Of a DNA stretch of 64,000 bases, positions 60,261-64,000 are shown piece by piece. The DNA lies in assembly GCF_009914755.1 (NCBI RefSeq), contig NC_060927.1. One strand, 5' to 3'. The position numbers and the translations under genes were made by a program. A model generated the notes under the pieces. It was not told the origin of the DNA and did not search any database. It saw only the letters and a program-made list of their open reading frames with translations. The DNA is from the human T2T-CHM13v2.0 reference genome, Homo sapiens. Positions within the stretch are counted from its first letter, which is position 1; each line of letters begins with the position of its first letter.

Positions 60261-61668
60261 GATAATCAGGTTTTAAAAGAAAAGAAACCACAGCAGTTCC
60301 ACGGGTGAAGAATATTTACACCCTACCCAATTTGATCCTGGAACCTTTTCCACAACTTGTCATAAAATATGGTCCCATCTCTTTTATTTTTCCAATCGAT
60401 GGCTGGATTCCTATATAATTAGGGCTTCTTTTGATTTTGTTTAGATAAGTAAATAGACATGAATGGTTAGGGGAAGGGGTGTTTTGAATCCTGAGGCAGA
60501 GAAACCTACATAGAATGGTTATTCATATACTGTCTTTGTTTCTTAACTGTCCCGCAACAGAAATTGTTGAAATTTGCTGAACAAACAGTGACCATTCACT
60601 ACATTGTGATACACTGCTGGTCCAGATCCCAGTCTAGGCAACAACACCAATTACCAATTTTGCAGATTATTTTAGATTATACTTCTGTGACCATTTAATG
60701 TTCCTCCATGATCAACTGGCATACTTGCGTGGCTAGAAGCTCCAGAATCAACCACACGACACGAAGAAACATTCCAAAGAATCCTTGGCCCTGTGTATTG
60801 AATTAGTGCTCTATACCAACCTCACCCATTTTCTACATGGTCATTTTATTGTAATGCAACCACTGCCCTTGGTATTAGTTACTTCAAATTTCAGGGAGAA
60901 AGAGTTGGGATATCCTCCTTTTTGCTAACAGAAAGCCCTTGGGGACTCACTCATCTAAAAATACTGCGTAAGGTGAATCTAGTTATACTCCAGCAGGTGT
61001 CTCACCAACCTTTATTTAAATAAGAGGGCCATTTTCCAACTGCATCATCTCTAAACAGCAAACATAACTATATAGAGCCTACTTCTGGAGCACAGAATTG
61101 ATAACCTTAACTTCTCATTACTTTCCAACATGCACTCCTCCCTGTGATAGTATAGGTCTTTACCTCCAGTTATGCCTTCTTTAATTCGGCATTCCTGTTC
61201 TAATGGCTTTCCCTTTTCCTCTTCTCCTATCTAGAGGCTGTCTACCTTTCAAGATGCAGATGACCTCCTTCCTGATGAAAGCTTTCTCTTACTACTCTGT
61301 CTTACCAGGATGTTTCTAAAGAATGCTGATAACATACCAGTCATTTTATAGTGTTAGAGAACAAGGTCTAGACAGGTTAAATAACTTACCCCAAATCATA
61401 CAACCAGCTAATGGCAAAGGCTGGACTACAACCCAGACCTTCAAACTCTAATTCCCAAGAGTCTTCTAACTTCCTCACTCTAACATTATTTCCCACACTA
61501 ATCTGACTACGTTCCCTTACACTTAAGATTTTCCAGTGGATACTCTACACCTAGATATTTTATCCAAAGTCAATCCATCCTTAAAATCAAAGGTCACGTG
61601 CAATCTTTTCCACTCAAACTTCCTTTTCGCAGCTTTAACTCACTGATTTTCCTCTTTCCCAAATTTAC

Positions 61669-61788
61669 TTTTTTTATTTTTAGACTAGTCGAGTGCAATA
61701 GTGAAAAGGGGGGGAACAGAATAGAACAAGTTCGATCTGTTACTGACTACATAATCAATTGAGTTAACTCACTACCTTCGGACCAGCT
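61669..61788 (-). pseudogene. Retroposed Y1 RNA pseudogene (RNY1-derived)
   Basis: Reverse complement GCTGGTCCGAAGGTAGTGAGTTA.CTCAATTGATT...ACAGATCGAACT..TTGTTCTA...TGCACT.GACTAGTCT resembles hY1; A-rich tail; TSD CAAATTTAC at 61660-61668 and 61789-61797. Confidence 0.93.
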
Positions 61789-64000
61789 CAAATTTACAGT
61801 ATTTTAATCACTATCACATAGTGTAGCATCTTTGTACTTCATGTTGTCTCATTTACTCCTAACAACTTGAAAAGACAGGAATTTACTGGTCATATTTTAT
61901 ACATGGCCCTAAAATGTTAACCAATTTGCTTAAATTTATACAATTATTATACAGCTACACAAAAGAGCTGAGATTTAAAGCTGTGTCACTAATCCAAAGT
62001 CTACATTCTTTAAATACTGCATACTACAATTCCTTTCTAAGAGCCAGGACTCAGGACTCCTGATTCTTGGTCCAGAATTAGTTCCATTATAACCTACGGC
62101 TTGTCATAGAATTCTAACATTTTCATTCCTATAAAATCACAGTTAAACATAATCCAAATCTTGTCCTCAGGAAACAAACATAAACTGAGGAATGTTCTTT
62201 AAAACTATCGATGTCATAAAAGACAGAATGGCTGAGGAACTATGCCAGATTAAAGTCTCAAGAAATGTGACAACTAAATTCAACATATGCAGATAACTGT
62301 TGAAGCTAACAGGATACGGTAATTCATTATTCTTTTATTATTTTCAAATTTGTCATAATAAAAATTTAAAAATAAAGTCCATTGAGAAATCTTGCTGGAT
62401 GTCAATCTTTTTCTTCCCTTCCATAGCCTATCCATAGCCTATCTCCTCTAGAAATAAGTCCCAATTTGACTTCACACGCATCTTTCTTTCAAACATTAGC
62501 CTCCCTTCCAAACAATGTGCAATTTTTTTAGCCAGACTAAATTCATGCAGATTATAAATTACATGCATTAACGTTCTCTTTAAATACTAAACTCCCTGAG
62601 GGAAAAGGTCTTATCTGGTAATTAACATAAATTTTGTAGTCTAAAAGGATTAAGTAACATCTTTCATCATTGGCTCTGAGCTCCGCCTCTTTTTGGCACA
62701 TGGGAAATGAAACTCACAATCCCATCGAGGCTGTTCCTTGTGAGGTTTACAGAAGGCAAGCCTGTTTCCATTAAGGCTACCTTCATGTCTGACACGTTTA
62801 GATACTGCAAGTGGTTTAGAATGTTCTTAGCTAAAGATTTAAAAAAAAAAATCCACGAAACTTCCAACTAATAAAAAGAGCCATTAATTACTGGAAACCT
62901 AGAATTACTAGAAGTCCTAGAGAGAATGGGATTGAAAGAATCACAATGCAAGAGCAACCCTCATCCCAATCCTACAAATAAATACATTTAGGATGATCCC
63001 AGCATTCCAATTAACTGATGTGAAGGTGAAACCATGAAGTGTTGAAATCTAAAGTATTAATAAGCAACGTTTTATTCTATTAATTAAAAGTACATTAATC
63101 AATAATTTCTACAATGTTGATTAATTCACCAAAATGCTGCTTCTGAGCATTACTGTCAAATTTACTTATTACTTAAGACTGTGTTTACTAAATGGAATAC
63201 ATTGTTAGGTACTATAGAGTACCTAACAATTAAAATATTCCCTCCTCCTCTAATACATAACTTATATAAGACAGATAAAAAAAAAAAAAACACTGTAAGC
63301 CTGTGTCAAAGCATCTAGGAATTCAGTTAAGAATGTCACGCCTGATTGGGGTCATAGAAGAGGTGATGTAATAGAACTAAGAGAAGAGCATCAAGAAGTT
63401 CAGCATGTACCCTGAAAATTGCAAAGTAATGACCGAAATCCCTTAACATTATCATGAGATCTGCCTCTAACACAGATGTCAAATTTTACTCTATACCTCT
63501 TGTGCACTTGAAGAAAGATATCTGACCTAAAATACTGCAAGTCCACCAACAACTGAAGCCACATTGTTGGAAATTCAGTTTTACTGGGCTAGCTTTCATA
63601 ATGTTATTAAAGTCGAGTGTGAGGAAAAGCAGAGTTCTTGGATCAATGGCTTCTAGCAGATAGGGCTAAATAAGGCAGTTGCAAAGAGCAACAGGTTCTT
63701 TAAACAGTGGAGATAGCTGCAAATCAAAGCACAGAAGATCACATAAGTGCAGAAAAGACTCATGATTAAATATTAGTCGTTTCAGGCTCATCCACAAATA
63801 CCAAACAATGAGCATCAACAGTATCTTTATCTTCCAACTCCAACAGTGTTTTAATAATGTGGCTTATTACAGTTGAATGTGGAGGTACTTTTTAGCACAA
63901 TGAATCCCTCTCTAAATTCAAGTAATAGAACTGTTAAACATTATGAAAAAAGTCAGCCACAGAAAACCAAACATCATGAGCAATATTCTCCCCACATTTT

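Noticed and set aside
60530-60700. Stop-free + strand frame (PQQKLLKFAEQTVTIHY...) as a processed pseudogene fragment
   Set aside because: No recognisable homology, poly(A) tail or TSD.

Overview
Primate (human-like) genomic DNA, almost all intronic. It lies within TBL1XR1 (NCoR/SMRT corepressor subunit), which is transcribed on the minus strand. Two exons are recognisable: a 76-nt non-coding 5'UTR exon (39447-39522) and, about 33.5 kb further along the transcript, the 103-nt first coding exon (5890-5992) encoding [20 protein letters not shown] (start of the LisH domain). The ORF track misses both. The rest is transposon-derived: about 28 Alu elements or fragments, L1PB/L1MA/L1MB/older L1, L2, MIR, MaLR and MLT2A LTRs, Charlie and Tigger DNA transposons, microsatellites and a retroposed Y1 RNA pseudogene. 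I found no convincing new biological system. The best leads are overlapping splice-assembled uORFs, several candidate alternative 5'UTR exons (one only 51 nt from the UTR exon), an ~80-bp duplication flanking an Alu, and nested or inverted retroelements. Repeat subfamily names and the boundaries of old repeats are by eye and approximate.
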